From Antedon mediterranea (taxonomy: Eukaryota > Animalia > Echinodermata), in assembly GCF_964355755.1 (NCBI RefSeq), contig NC_092675.1, positions 20,928,912-20,992,911 of the forward strand: a stretch of 64,000 nucleotides of DNA, written 5' to 3'. The notes beneath the pieces were generated by a model, which was not told the origin of the DNA, did not search any database, and worked only from the letters and a program-made list of their open reading frames with translations. Below, one piece after another: positions 14,860 to 28,900 of this stretch; position 1 is the first letter of the stretch; each line of letters opens with the position of its first letter. The position numbers and the translations under genes were made by a program.

Positions 14860-15157
14860 ACATTTATTCCACCTTATTATTTTTACACTTCATCTCGTAC
14901 ACTGCGTTCATCTAATAAACTTCTCCTTCATGTTCCTAATGGAAACTTCAGACATATGGCCATCGTGCATTTTCCTGTGCAGCACCCATTTTGTGGAATA
15001 AACTGCCAATCGACATAAAGACATCTGAAAACATCAACACTTTCAAAACACGACTAAACACCCATTTTTACACAGAGGCATTTCCTGCTTCACTTTGTCA
15101 AGCGCCTTTGAACATTATTATGGATACTGGCGCTATATAAATCTGATTGATTGATTA
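14860..15157 (+). mobile_element. LINE (L2/CR1-like) 3' end fragment
   Basis: Degenerate ORF2 C-terminus (YTSSRTLRSSNKLLLHVP...AAPxLWNKLP..FKTRL), then a GCGCTATATAAAT tail and (TGAT)n. Confidence 0.65.
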
Positions 15158-18100
15158 ATGTATAAGATATTTATATATTCATTTTATTTTGATGTTTTAT
15201 ATTTTATGTGAATTAATGAGATGCCAAAAAATGAAATTAAAACAAAATAAATATATTCAATTAATTGCTATAACCAATAAGTACATGGATGTTCATATTT
15301 TAGGAAAGAGGGAATAAAAGTGTCAGCATTACTGTAACCCAATGATAACAAGTAACATAGATGAACGATTTCTTTGAAAACACAATTGAAACAAAGTACT
15401 GTATACAGTATATATACACAAACATTTAATTAACTAAAAATGGGAGAAATTGATAATATTTCCTAATTAATAAGCCAATTTCTAGGATTAAAACTATAGC
15501 ATTATTCGATATTGTTTCCAATAACTTAAATGTTTTTGAAAGCAAACAAAGGAAATAATTGCAGTTTTAAACCTAAAGAAGGAACAAAATAATCTTAAAG
15601 AATATACCGGTACACGGAAAAAAAAATGCTTAGGCATTGAAGATAAAGGAAGGATATTGAAATAAGATATTTAACTAAAAATGATAAAGCTTTGTTTTAA
15701 AACGGATCTTCTATGAAATTGTCGACAAGACCTTATAAGGCAAATGCGATAAGAAACAAAGAAAACGTGTAGTATAACAATAAAAAGTATACAAAAATTG
15801 TTCTTATTGATAATGATTAAAATGACAACCTAAATAGTGGTTTGAGAAATACTTGAATTTGATAAATGATAAATAAAAAGTCAAAAGCTCATTATATTTT
15901 CCTGGTAAATTGTAAGATTTGTTAATTAATTGATAATCGTTCCAAATTTAACGAGAAATGTGCATCCGGTTATGTAAAGATGACTGAAAATTCTCAACAC
16001 AAACGATCTTTATGGATAGATCTATAAATCTTGATTTGTCTCATAATGATAATGGTTTTATTTAAGTATAAACAAAGAAATTTTCTTTAAAAAAAACTTT
16101 TCTACTTACTTAAATATATAGTATTAATGTTATATTATACTTTTAAAATAGAGGGCAGTAGACAAACATTGTTTGTGTGTTGGTCAAAGTTCAAATAATA
16201 GTGTCCGATTGATTTACTGATTTATCTTTCTTCCTTCCGTTTACTAGTTCGGTCCAAATTTAGAAATAGTTCCCTAAGAAGCTGTCGTGTCCATCATATG
16301 CTATCAACATTGGTAAAACGATTATCTAAATGAAGATATTGTACAAAAATATACATCTGAAATAAAAATAAATTTCCACTAGAGAAAGTTAGGTTCCACT
16401 TTGTTTGTTTTCATAGGCCAGATTTTAAATCTTTGTTCACCTAGGCATGTATTTTGATTTGTTAATTTATGGGGACATGAGTCTATTCAAATAAATATGA
16501 ATTCATGTTTATTTCCAAATAAACACATTTCTTTTATACTACTAGGCAACAATAAAATATAGCCAATAAAATGCTGCCTTGTAAACCACAATTTATATTG
16601 AATGTCGCATGGTGAAACTCTGTGCACTTGTTAAATTGTTTATCATAAATATAAATTATTTTACAAAGGTTGCTTGAACATAGACCTAGACAAAATGCAT
16701 GTAATTTCATCTATGGCAAATGATGGCTCTTCTGAGCTCATCCACTAAACTATCATTGGTAACCGGACGGCATGTCCTGGTGGCAAACAAACTATACGAT
16801 TTATCACCATTTACTGTTACAGTATGTCGTAGTAATAATATGTTACAAACTTAACACAAATAATAATATATTAAAAAGTTGTGATAATATTTCAACATAT
16901 AAATGAAATACAGTAGGTGTCCTGTGAAACGAATGATGGGAAAATATATTTTTCTAACACTATTTCATTCGTTTAACAGGACAGGACCTAAAATTGATCC
17001 TTTTTATTGGTTCTACCATAGTAAGGTTACAGACGATACAAAGCCATGTGTGATCAATTTTCTGTTTAACATGCTAAAATCCAATTTGCCCTACCAGTAT
17101 ATTGGGTGGGAAATTTATTATTATTGATTCCCCTAACCCAGATGCAAAATATCGGCTCTAGTAGAATCCTAATTTTATTTAGGACACAATTAATAGGGCT
17201 TCTACTGTATTTTATGTGCTTATATTCAATATTATTATATGCTAATATTCATTTCTAATATTGTTTTACACATAAATATTTAATAATCTGAACAATCATT
17301 TTCATCAAATGAGGAAATGTAATTAAAATGTGATTTTAATTGAAATGAACATTTGTATCTAATTTATTACTATTCAATAAAGTAATAAATACTGAATTTA
17401 GAGAATAATTAAGAATTTAACTGCTTAATTAAAGATGAAAGTGAAATATTTTTTGGTAAATTATCGGGCAAAATCTTTGAAGCACAGTAGTTCTCAAGAT
17501 ATAAAGCAATCAGTGAGTTTAATTACAGAGTCTTAACACAGAAAGTGAAATGGTTAATTAATTTATGGTTTACTTAACTTACATTAATGGTAAATGTAAA
17601 ACTATTTGCACTCTAATTAAATGTATATTTAAAAAAAAATGAGTTTAATCAACTTTCAAAATATCTTTAAAATGCTACGCTTAAAACAAGTGATCAAAGT
17701 AATACGGGATGTATTTTAAAATGTTGAGATAATCCGATTCAAAAATACGGGAAATACAACGCTTCCTTTTACATTAATTCACTTTGGAATGTCCAGGGAA
17801 AAATAGTGTATATTTGGATATGTATAGGGGACGCTATATAAATTATCTTTCCTTGTCGATAGCTGTATACATATCTTCACAATCAGGAGTCAAGCTTTGG
17901 GACTTGTGCCAAAACCTTGTCGAACCTGTGAATAATTTTAACACTGTACACGTGACAAAGACTCAAATTTACGTCATCATTATAATTATCTGGATTCATT
18001 TCAAGCACTGAATTAACTAGAACAAATTTTTCCAATTTTATAAATTTTCAATAGAGTCAATCAACCAATCACGATACATTTATCGCAAAAGAATCACAAG

Positions 18101-19903
18101 AGAGAAGGTTTGATATAATTTCAATCTTTAGGGTTTTTAATTTCCTATTCAAAATGTCGAGTTATTGGGACATCCTGATGCTATAGAAGAGGACTGTGAA
18201 ACACATAATTGCAAAGTTATTTAACCTTTACAAAACATTTTACATACAGAATAAAAAATAGTAAGTTAGTAGAGTCATGTAGGAATTATGCCTCCTTTAC
18301 AAACATGAACCAAAGATGAGAGAATACTCAAGGTACACTTTAATAAAAGCACACACAAACAGAAATGGATAGCAAAAAAAAAAAGATATTTGTATTTACC
18401 TCACTCCTCTTTTTAGGGGTTCATATCTGTACTATACAATGGAAAAAAATAATGGAATAGCATTTGTTGTGTATCATTTAATGAAAAAACACCCCTTTTC
18501 ATAGAGCATCCCTTATTAAAGGACCATTTGTTGAGCACCGAAAGTTTCCCCTCCATAGTGGTTCTACTGAACTATTTAAAGAAACATATTGACAGTATTT
18601 AAAGTTGTAGATATGTTTATTCTAGTGCAGTTCGACTTATACCAAAAAGAATGCAACAAGAATGCATTTTTTACTTGTATGCTTTACTGAAATTCAATAC
18701 TTTTTTCCCTGGACCAGTGGGAAATGCACACGTTTATTGAAAATGTAGCGTAATAACCAGTATCTTACATCACAAGAGTCTCTCTGTTGTTTTGCTAACA
18801 CCAATTCACGCTAATCTGTCTACCCAAGTGTCCTTATCCGAGAAAACTTGTTAAACTTTTGTCAAAAAGAGCCGTGTATATGTAATACAAGTGCCCCAAA
18901 ATTAATGAATTGAAAACAGGGTGTTGATGTATTCAGAAAAAGAGTTAAATACAACCCTGGTTCTTCCAATGAGAACTTAATCCTGTTGACGATAATTGAA
19001 AATAAAAGGCAAGAAATACTAATTTAACATAGATTTGTAGTTTAATAATTCTTGTTGTAACAGCTACAAATTATCATTCATTTACCAGCTTATATTTGAA
19101 CTAAAATGAATAAAAATAGTTAAATGTGAAGAAATAAAGATACTCGAGTTACTGAGAGAGTTAAGTCAAAGAATGCCTATTTTTCCATGATGTAATTCAT
19201 GCTTGTTTGCATGAAAGATATTTGGGCTGATAAATGCTAAAAGTTAAAGATGAGTATAGATTATGTGCATATTCGCAGTATTAAATTTTTTTTTTTTAAC
19301 GCTTTAAGTCGTACGGTATTCCATTATCCCTTATTATTATCCCATGTCTATTTATTTAGCCGGTGTATTGTAAATATTGCTGGCCCGTGTAAAATGTGTT
19401 AATCTCGATCACCACTTCTGCTGTTTCAAGAAGACGCGTTCCTTTATTCCACAGGTAATAATGCCTCGTTGTTTGAGTTTTTTATCCTAACCGTAACGGT
19501 GATATGTTGCGAACTTCAGACACAACACATTTATGTACCACAGTGATCAGAATATACTTGTTTAATATTTAACAAATAAACACATGCCCGCAGCATTTTG
19601 GCTCACAAAAAAACACCATAGCATTTGTTACCATTAAGTCGTGAGATAAATAACCATTACAGCAAAAACAGACCCATTACTACGAGTAAATATAATTGGT
19701 CCCAATATTTCAAAATCACCCAGCCACAAAACTACAAAATCTAAATATGTTTGGATGTTTTTACGTTTCCGTAAACATTAAAAAAATTTCAATTTGTATG
19801 CAGCATAAATGTGGATGGCAAAATTGTTTTTATTAGATTGAAATAAAAACAGTGTATATATGTATGAAATTCATTTTAAAATTTTAAAATCATTAAAATA
19901 ATT

Positions 19904-22900
19904 CTAGGCATCTTTCCACCAGCCTGAAAAACGGCCGCCACCGCCTCCTCCTCCATAACCCCTACCCCTTCCTCGTCCACCACGTCCTCTACCACCCCCT
20001 CCTCCACCTCGTCCATATCCATTTTGCCTATAACCATACCCATTCCCACCTGAGTATCGGTTGTTTCCATAGCCTCTGGATTGGTAAGGATCCCGCTCTT
20101 TCAGAGGTGGCAGTTCAGTTGCTATTTTCAAACTAACATATTCATCGTCTTTCCAGTTTTCCTAAGATCAGAACAAGTGATATTAGACACTGGTAAACAA
20201 AATTATGGAGTATCCCATATCATCAGTATATAAGTATAACTTTGTCATTTTATTGGTATGTATTGTATGTTGTACATTATTTGGATCCATCCTCACGATT
20301 GCACATTCAGGTTTTTGTAAAAATGTGTACCACATCTTGATACAAGGTAGAGTGTGCTGTCTATAAAACTCTGTCTACACTATTAAATTTGATGTGAATG
20401 TGCACATATATGGACATGATGATGTCATAACACTACCATATTTGGGCACATCACACTTTTTTTGGTCTTAACTCTGGGAGCCAAATTCTGAGCATCACAT
20501 TTTTTTCTAGTCATTGACATTTGATTCAATATGGAAAACAGTGGGGATCTACTGGATGCATGTTAGACTTGAAAACTTTATTCATTTACATCTAACCCGC
20601 CAAAACTATATTTGTACCTTAAGATTGCTTCCATACTGTGGTATTCACAGACTTTCCTAAAAAGCAGATTTTCTTGTAAACATGCTAATGGTTTAAGTCC
20701 CAGGATTCTCAGCAAGCAAAATATTTTGAAAGTAAAAACACCAAAAGCGCAACTAACCTTTATAGTTTTATTGAACTTTGAGGGCGCATCAAAGACGGCC
20801 TTGCACTGATCGATGCAGATGTTCACGCCTTTCACTGCTTCACGTACTTCATATGGCAGTTGGCTTCCAAGAGTTTGGTAAACGTACGACGCAGTTCGTA
20901 TATCATTCTGCACTTCTAGAAGGTATGTGGTATACCCCTGTAAGAACAAATATTGGTTGGTTTTTAAAAAGTGTAAATAGACAATGAAAATGGACTGAGT
21001 TACACAGACATCATAAGGGATCATATACTTAAGAATTTTTTAAAAAATACGTTTAAACTTTATTCCCTGAAATAAATTCATAAAAGGCTTGCAATTTCAT
21101 TTACAATATTTTAATCTTCTAATGCAATTTATAAATGTTCCCTAGTTTTAATGCATGTAAATAGCAATTTTTTCTGACATATAAAATACAGATAAACAAA
21201 ATGTTATTGTAGTGATGTTCGAGGATGGTGTCAAGCTATGGTGAAAGCTTGGTACCGAAGGCCACCACTGGATTAATGTTCCTCCATTAAAATAAACACA
21301 ACTAATAGCCATGAGATGAAGCTAATGTTGCCAAGAACTGGAGGGTAGTTTGGTCACTATCTTTAAGTATCTCAATAGTTAGATAGTGGAGAATGTGGAA
21401 TGTACTGTACTGTAAATAGTATATATTATGTAATAGTATTAATAGTATTATTATTATTATTAGTATATAGTATAGCATGCTATAGTTGCATAGCATTTGC
21501 AAATATTGAACTGGCGATTTTGGTTGTATTAATGGAAGTTTCCACAGTACAATATATGGTTGATTAACATCTCAAAATGCAATTTACAGTTTACGTGCAA
21601 TATAGGTACCATAAACAAAGTAAACTTTTAAACTAATATAAACAAAATATAGTTTTGTTAGTTATTTCATAGAATCTTCAATTTTAAAGACGATAGGTTT
21701 CTTAATAGAGTATATATCAACAACCCAAAGATGAAATTGAAAGTGAAAATGACAAGAATCGGTTGTCAATAAGATTGATGATGTATTAACAAGAACTGCA
21801 CAAGATTACTTTAGTTTTGAAAAAAAAATAATAAAGAAATTGCAATAACATAATAAATTTGTTCTCTGTAATTGGTTTAGATTCTACTACATGAATATTT
21901 CAAGTATAGAAGAAACAGATTTGAGCACAATAAAGTGGACAGGAATTTAGCCATCAGTATAACAAACGAAAAATGAAAATGGTATACACACATTGGTTCT
22001 ACTACACAAACCTCATAAGACATAGTTTTAAGCATGGGTTTAATTACAATCCTAAAAAAGGAATAGAGGGGAATGGAAAAAGAGAATGGAAGATTATGGG
22101 TAATATAGAGAGAAAGATAGGGTGGAGAGACATGGGGTGATGAGAAAAGGAAGATTGAGAAAGGAAAGGGAGAGGTTGAGATGAGAGAGGAAGGGAAGAG
22201 ATAGCTGATCACACAAAGCAACCCAAATCAATGTAATCCAAGCCTGCATCAGTTAACATAATGTTTAATTATTTGTTTTTTTGCACCGGTTATGATCCAG
22301 TGACCAGTTACTTATCATGAACTTGTGGAAGTACACCTTTAATTTATGGTGAACAAGCTTTATATTTTGTACTATTGTATTTTATATTTTCGTGAATAAA
22401 TAAAGATTTTAATTTGATCCAATTTGTGGAATTTCTGTATAAAAAAAAACTAATCATTGCCTCACCTCTTCCGAGTTTAGAAGCGACCTATGGGAAATGT
22501 CGGTTGCACCAGAGATGTGGGCCAATGCTGCCGCCAGAACCAGTTCAGGATCTTTCTCCTCTAATAATGCCTTAGCTGCTGGTCTGAAGTGATCAACAAC
22601 ATCTTCAGATATTTCATCTAAAAATCTGAAAAGATAAATGTAAGACAATAATATTAAGAATTACACAATTACTAATATTTTTTAATTTACCTAGTTTTTA
22701 ATAAAAATAAATAAAAGATAATATGGGTTTTAAACAGTACATAGACAAAATAAACTCAAAATTTCTGCCAGCAGGTGGATGAAAAAAAAAACTATCCAAA
22801 AATGTTTTGGTTAGGTGCTGGACGAAAGGACTTTAAAAAAGCTGTAGGCTTGGGTAGTGAAACCATTTGAAGATGAGGTCTCCGCCCATCTCGACGGGCA

Positions 22901-25900
22901 AAATTACAACCTTATGTAGTGATGTTCGAGGATGGTGTCAAGCTATGATGAAAGCTTGGTACCGAAGGCCACCACTGGATTAATGTTCCTCCATTAAAAT
23001 AAACACAACTAATAGCCATGGGAAGAAGCTAATGTTGCCAAGAACTGGAGGGTTGGAAAATAAATGCTTGCACTTGATATTTCATCTCTCAAAATGCAAT
23101 GCAGTAAAGATATTGCACAAGTAAAGTAATAACTTACTTTGTGACATCATTGGCCGACGATTTGATGATGTCCTTGGGCTGTGGAGCACCAATACGTTTA
23201 AACTTTATTCCCTGAAATTAAATTCATAAAAGGCTTGCAATTTCATTTACAATATTTTAATCTTCTAATGCAATTTCTAAATGTTCTCTAGTTTTAATGC
23301 ATGTAATAACAATGTTTTCATAAAAAAATACAGATCAACAAAATCTTATTGTAGTGATGTTCGAGGATGGTGTCAAGCTATGGTGAAAGCTTAGTACCGA
23401 AGGCCACCACTGGATTAATGTTCCTCCATTTAAATAAACACAACTAATAGCCATGAGATGAAGCTAATGTTGCCAAGAACTGGAGGGTAGTTTGGTCACT
23501 ATTTTTAAGTATCTCAATAGTTAGATAGTGGAGAATGTGGAATGTACTGTACTGTAAATAGTAAGAACAAGTCACGATAACATATTCTCACCAGCATTAT
23601 AAGACCACTGTCAATAATCATTGAGTGGACGGGGGTCCCTTGAGGGAAGAAACAGGACAAGATCCCTAACCATGGCAAGTAAGGCAGCGCATACGCACCT
23701 GGTTTTCAGTTTACAATTTCAATTCCGAAAACATAGTACATGTGCAAATGAACGAATTTCAAGTAAGGTTATGTCAATATTCCTTGTGCGACTGTCAGTG
23801 TTGCTTTGTTTTAGTTGCTTAGAACTTTTATAGATACTAAGTAGTATATTAATTTTTCATAAAATAAGTGAAACACTTACTGCTCTTTGCTCTACTTTAG
23901 ATAATTCCCATTCTTCATTTGGTTTATAGAAACATATGCATGTACCTTTCCTATTGGCACGACCTGTACGGCCAGATCTGTGTATATAGTCTTCTACATC
24001 CTAAAGAAAAAGATAAAGTAGAATAATGCAAAGCCACAAAAAGATAGCATTAATAACTAAACTATCATATCACAAAAAATAAGTAGCTGCATTTTAACGT
24101 AACATAATCATATAAAGCGAGCGAGTGGCCGAGCGGTTAAGACAGTGGAACCATAATATGTAGCCATAACATCGGCAAGGGTTCGAGGTTCACTCACTCC
24201 ATGGTTCTGGTGGTAGAACAAGTCACCTCAGATAAGGACTATAAACCGTAGGTCCAGTGTACACATCTGGCTCATGTGCACTTTAAAGAACCTAGTCCAT
24301 CTTTCCAGACGAGTAGGGGGTTACCTTGGTGTACTAGTTCATACACAGCTGGGGTAGCACTAACATTTCATTTTGTTTAGCCATTTGGCGAAAGTCAAAA
24401 TATTTTTTTTAGTCAAATCAGTTTATCTATAGCCAAAATGGCTAAAGTCAATTTTTTTTATTTAGCCAAATGAATCGGTTTATAGCCAAAATTTAAAATT
24501 TTTGAAATATAGTGGTAAAAACATTTTAGTCAATTTATCTATGTCAACAGGTCTATACACTGTTCCCTGAACATTTTTGTAAGGCATTGAGATAAAGAAC
24601 CATGCCTAAATCACTGTATGATTAAAAAAAATATTTTTTTTGTATTTTTTTTACATGATCAAAACAATTGTTCAAATTGTTTTTAATCATACAGCATTCA
24701 TACAGTTATCAATTTAATAATAAACATTTTACAGTTTTCTGAAATCCCCTGAACGCTATGTTACTTTTGTTTTTTTACGCTTGGCTGGTCATTCATTCCA
24801 TGGCGTACCAGGCGAAAATCGTGTCCTAGAATCACCGCCGCGCAGCGGGTTAATGTTTTTAAATTGGGTATGCTCAAGAGGTGCGAAAGTGCAGAACCGC
24901 CGGCCTAGGCCTACAAAATTATGTACAACGCCGCAACGGTATATCGTATGCTAAAAATATTTAGGAAAATTCCTAGCAAACGAACACTCGTATCGCTGTT
25001 AAATGTAAGATAATATAGGCCAAAGTACAGAGTACACGTCTTTCCATCCCTCAAGGCTGCGCCGAAGCGTTTCTGTCAGGGCGAGAAATTTATCCCGATT
25101 ATTATCACTTTGTTATTATTTATTTACACAACACAGAAGCCGGTGGCCGGCCCCGCTCAGATGCACGTGTGTGTTTAGCTAAATCCCCGTTAAACTCTAC
25201 CATTTCCCGCATGTTGTTTTGTTTACACTGACGCACGAGGGAAGTTTATTAAGGGTAAAATATGAAACTACATTAAATTGGAAGACTCTAAAATGCATAA
25301 CGCATACATTTTTCATTTCGATAAGATTAAGACGTCATTCATCGAAGATACTATAATGTTTCTTTTTAATCTGAAAGTACACCCCTATCGAAAAATAGAC
25401 AATCCCGGTAATTAGCCGACCGTCGGCTACGTAGTCGATCGTTTGTGCAGCGCACAACACGTGATAGTTTGGGTAGACTTCATCATCCATGTGTCGTGTA
25501 ACGTCTGTCTCTCTCTGTGCAGTCTACCTCTGCTGCTGCTATCTCCATCTTTTTGAAATAACAAAGAGACGCCTGGTACAACGAAACAAGTTGACGAAAA
25601 ATGGAGCTTGAAGTAAACAACGTGATAACGAACAAAATAAATGCTTGGAGATCGACAAATGGACCTTTTAGTTGGACTTTATGCTTTCGCCAAAATGATT
25701 ATTTAATTATCTATTTTATCATATGTCATCGCCAAAATGGCTAAAGTAGCCGTTTTATTTTTCGCCAATCTAGAAATGTTTTCGCCCATGGCGACTTGGC
25801 GATCGGCCAGTGCGAGCCTAGCACAGCCACTGTCACAAACTCATCATTACATACACTGGGCCCTCTGGGAGAACAGTTTTAGACTGAAAAGGCTACCCAG

Positions 25901-28900
25901 TATAAAGATTAAATAAATAAATAAATAAAAAAAATCTTTTTTTCTTGTTGCACTAAAAGCAAAGTACTTTACATTACAATATGTACAGAATTATTTTAAT
26001 AATGAAATAATCTGTAGTGATGTTCGAGGATGGTGTCAAGCTATGGTGAAAGCTTGGTACCGAAGGCCACCACTGGATTACTGTTCCTCCATTAAAATAA
26101 ACACAACTAATAGCCATGAGAAGAAGCTAATGTTGCCAAGAACTGGAGGGTAGTTAGTAACTGTTGTTAATTTTAAACACTAGCTTTTTTTACTGAATTT
26201 TAATTCTTTAATTTATTTAATAATCTTCTAGTAGATGAGCTTTTACCTTTGGTGGATTACATTGTATAACAAGTTCAACTTCTGGAATGTCAAGACCTCG
26301 AGCTGCAACATCTGTTGTTACTAAACACATTACTTTGCCTTCACGAAAACACTGCAAAAACAAAAACATTGTTTTTTACAACAAATGAATTGGTACAGTA
26401 GAACCAATCCTTTGGTACACCTCTATTCAGGGAACACTATGAAAAAACACTTTCATGTGAATTAAACAACACCCCCTATTTAGGACACATTTTTAGAGAC
26501 TCCTTGGGAAAGATAGCCGAACTACTTCCTAAATATAACTAAACCTAACCCTCTAAATTTTCTATTCGCTCAGTATAAAGTAAAAATAAGTTGGTCATGG
26601 GATTCGAACCCCATACATCAACATGCAAAGTCTATAGTCTAATTGACTCGACTACACAGATGGCTTGACGAAATGCGTTTTCATTACCTAATTGTAGTAA
26701 GGTCAATTATTACATCACACCTTATCGATATGACTAATGAATATTCATGTTTATTTTGTGACCTTTCATAAGGGGTCACAACCTTATGTACGAAATGAAA
26801 TATCACATTCAGGACACATTAATACAGTACATGAAACGAATATATATTTAAACACTCCAGTTAACAGGTCATTTGATTGTTTCCCAAAGAAAACCCCATA
26901 ATAGTTTTACTGCATTATAATTACACAACCAAAAACAAGAAATAAAATTGTCTTACAACAGGAAATTAATCAAATAACATTTTAAATAAAAGCACAATCA
27001 AATAAGAAACAGGAAAAATCCTATGTACATCATGAAGTATTGTCCGGAAGGAATTTTAGCATTATTTTAAGAGCACATATGGTGTATGTACAGTACCTGG
27101 AAGGATTATCACAAACTCTGAATGAATACCAGATGAGCTACTTAAATATTCTTTTCTTTAGGCACATTGGCAAAAATTGTTAACCAGGCCTTGTCTTTTA
27201 GGGCGAGCTAGTACGATCACTTGCCCAACACACTCCTAAACTGCCCTTGACGAGTGCAATTTACAACACGCTTAAATTTGGTAAACTTCTACACACCAAA
27301 ATACAAACAGCACACCTACAAGCATTCCTGAATGTATTGAGGAGTGCAATTTGTAGCACACCTATAATTTTCAAATGACAAGGCCTAGTTAACAATGAAT
27401 ATAATCACCGTCCTTCACTGTGTCTTACCCTTAATGTGATTTCTCGCTGTTGTTGGGCTATGTCTCCATGCAATACCTGAGCCTCTTGCTTAATGACCGA
27501 GTTGAATGCTAGTTCATTGGCTTCCTTCTTGGTCTGGCAAAATACCATTGACCGTCCGTGATGACCGCTATACACCTTGATCACGTCACTGATGGTAGCT
27601 GCACGGTCTTTCCAACCACACTTAATAGCCATATGCTGAAGAAATATGACCAATACAATTTTAACCTTATTATTCTAATTTTTTCACAGTAACTTTTTTA
27701 TTTTAAAGTATGTATTTAAATATAAATAAAAAAGGAAAATAAATACAACAATTGAATAGATGCTGTCTTTCCATATATATATATAATTTATTAATTAAAT
27801 TTCAGTATATTACCGGGCGGTTTAGAATTAATGTTCTTTGCCTGATTTGTTTATATATATATATATTGCACTGATGAAGGGCTAGTGTTGTCCAAAAGCT
27901 CTGTTAACTTTTCTGGCTGTTTTACTTATCGTTTTGATTTAGCTTGTCACTTTTTTTTTGTATCTCCATTGAGATCCAGCCACTGATACCCACAGCATTG
28001 TAATTTTTTCAGTAATTTGCCTTTGGATTTATATATATATATATATATTTTATTTAGCTTATCGCTTTTTTTTTTTGTAACTCCATTGAGATCCAGCCAC
28101 TGATACCCACAGCATTGTCATTTTTTCAGTAATTTGCCTTTGGATTTATATATATTTATTTGTAAATAAACCCAAGTTGGTTAACTTTCCAAAAAAGTTT
28201 GTATTGTATTTCCAATTGTTTATTGTACATGTAAAAGGATCTTTTTTTTCATGAAAGGTCATATAATTGTAAAATATATTCTAATTGTATTTAAAGTGAC
28301 TTTTATTCTCTATATATCCATGCACATGTGCTCTCAAAAGGGTTACACATCTTGATTGGTCAATCTTCTGATATATTTTTTGGTTTATTTGAATAGCTCG
28401 TCTATTATAGCATACCTGGACAGTTGTTGCGGTCCTACGTGTATCCCCTCCTATAAGATCAACTCGTTTTGTGTTGGGCTTCATGTATTTCTTTGCTGTG
28501 TCATGTACCCATTTAGGTAGTGTTGCTGAGAATAACAGTGTCTGAGGGCTACGCTTTTCATCTCCAGCGTCTAAAACAAGAAATGGAACATGTAAAGTTT
28601 ATTCATTGTAGAACTACATTCAATTAATTATTAATAAAAATAATTTAAAAAGAAATATACAGTATATATGTGTATGTATGAAGACATATTTAATAAATAA
28701 TTAAAACTTATACTAAATTTACATTGCCAAGCGTCATGTCCAGATACATTCTTCAGACCCAACTGAGTAACCCAGGAATGACACTGCATGTTGCATGTAT
28801 TTACATTGCCAAGTGTCATGTCCAGATACATTCTTCAGACCCAACTGAGTAACCCAGGAATGAGACTGCATGTTGCATGTATTTACACTGCCTTGGCAAA

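Noticed and set aside
21208-21346. Reading the five-copy repeat as a plus-strand C/D snoRNA (GTGATG start) or as a MITE
   Set aside because: No proper RUGAUGA/CUGA pair, antisense to the host, no TIR or TSD; the H/ACA architecture fits on the host strand.
24116-24200. tRNA gene
   Set aside because: A and B boxes are present but there is no cloverleaf; it continues into a repeated body and (TAAA)n tail, so it is a SINE head.
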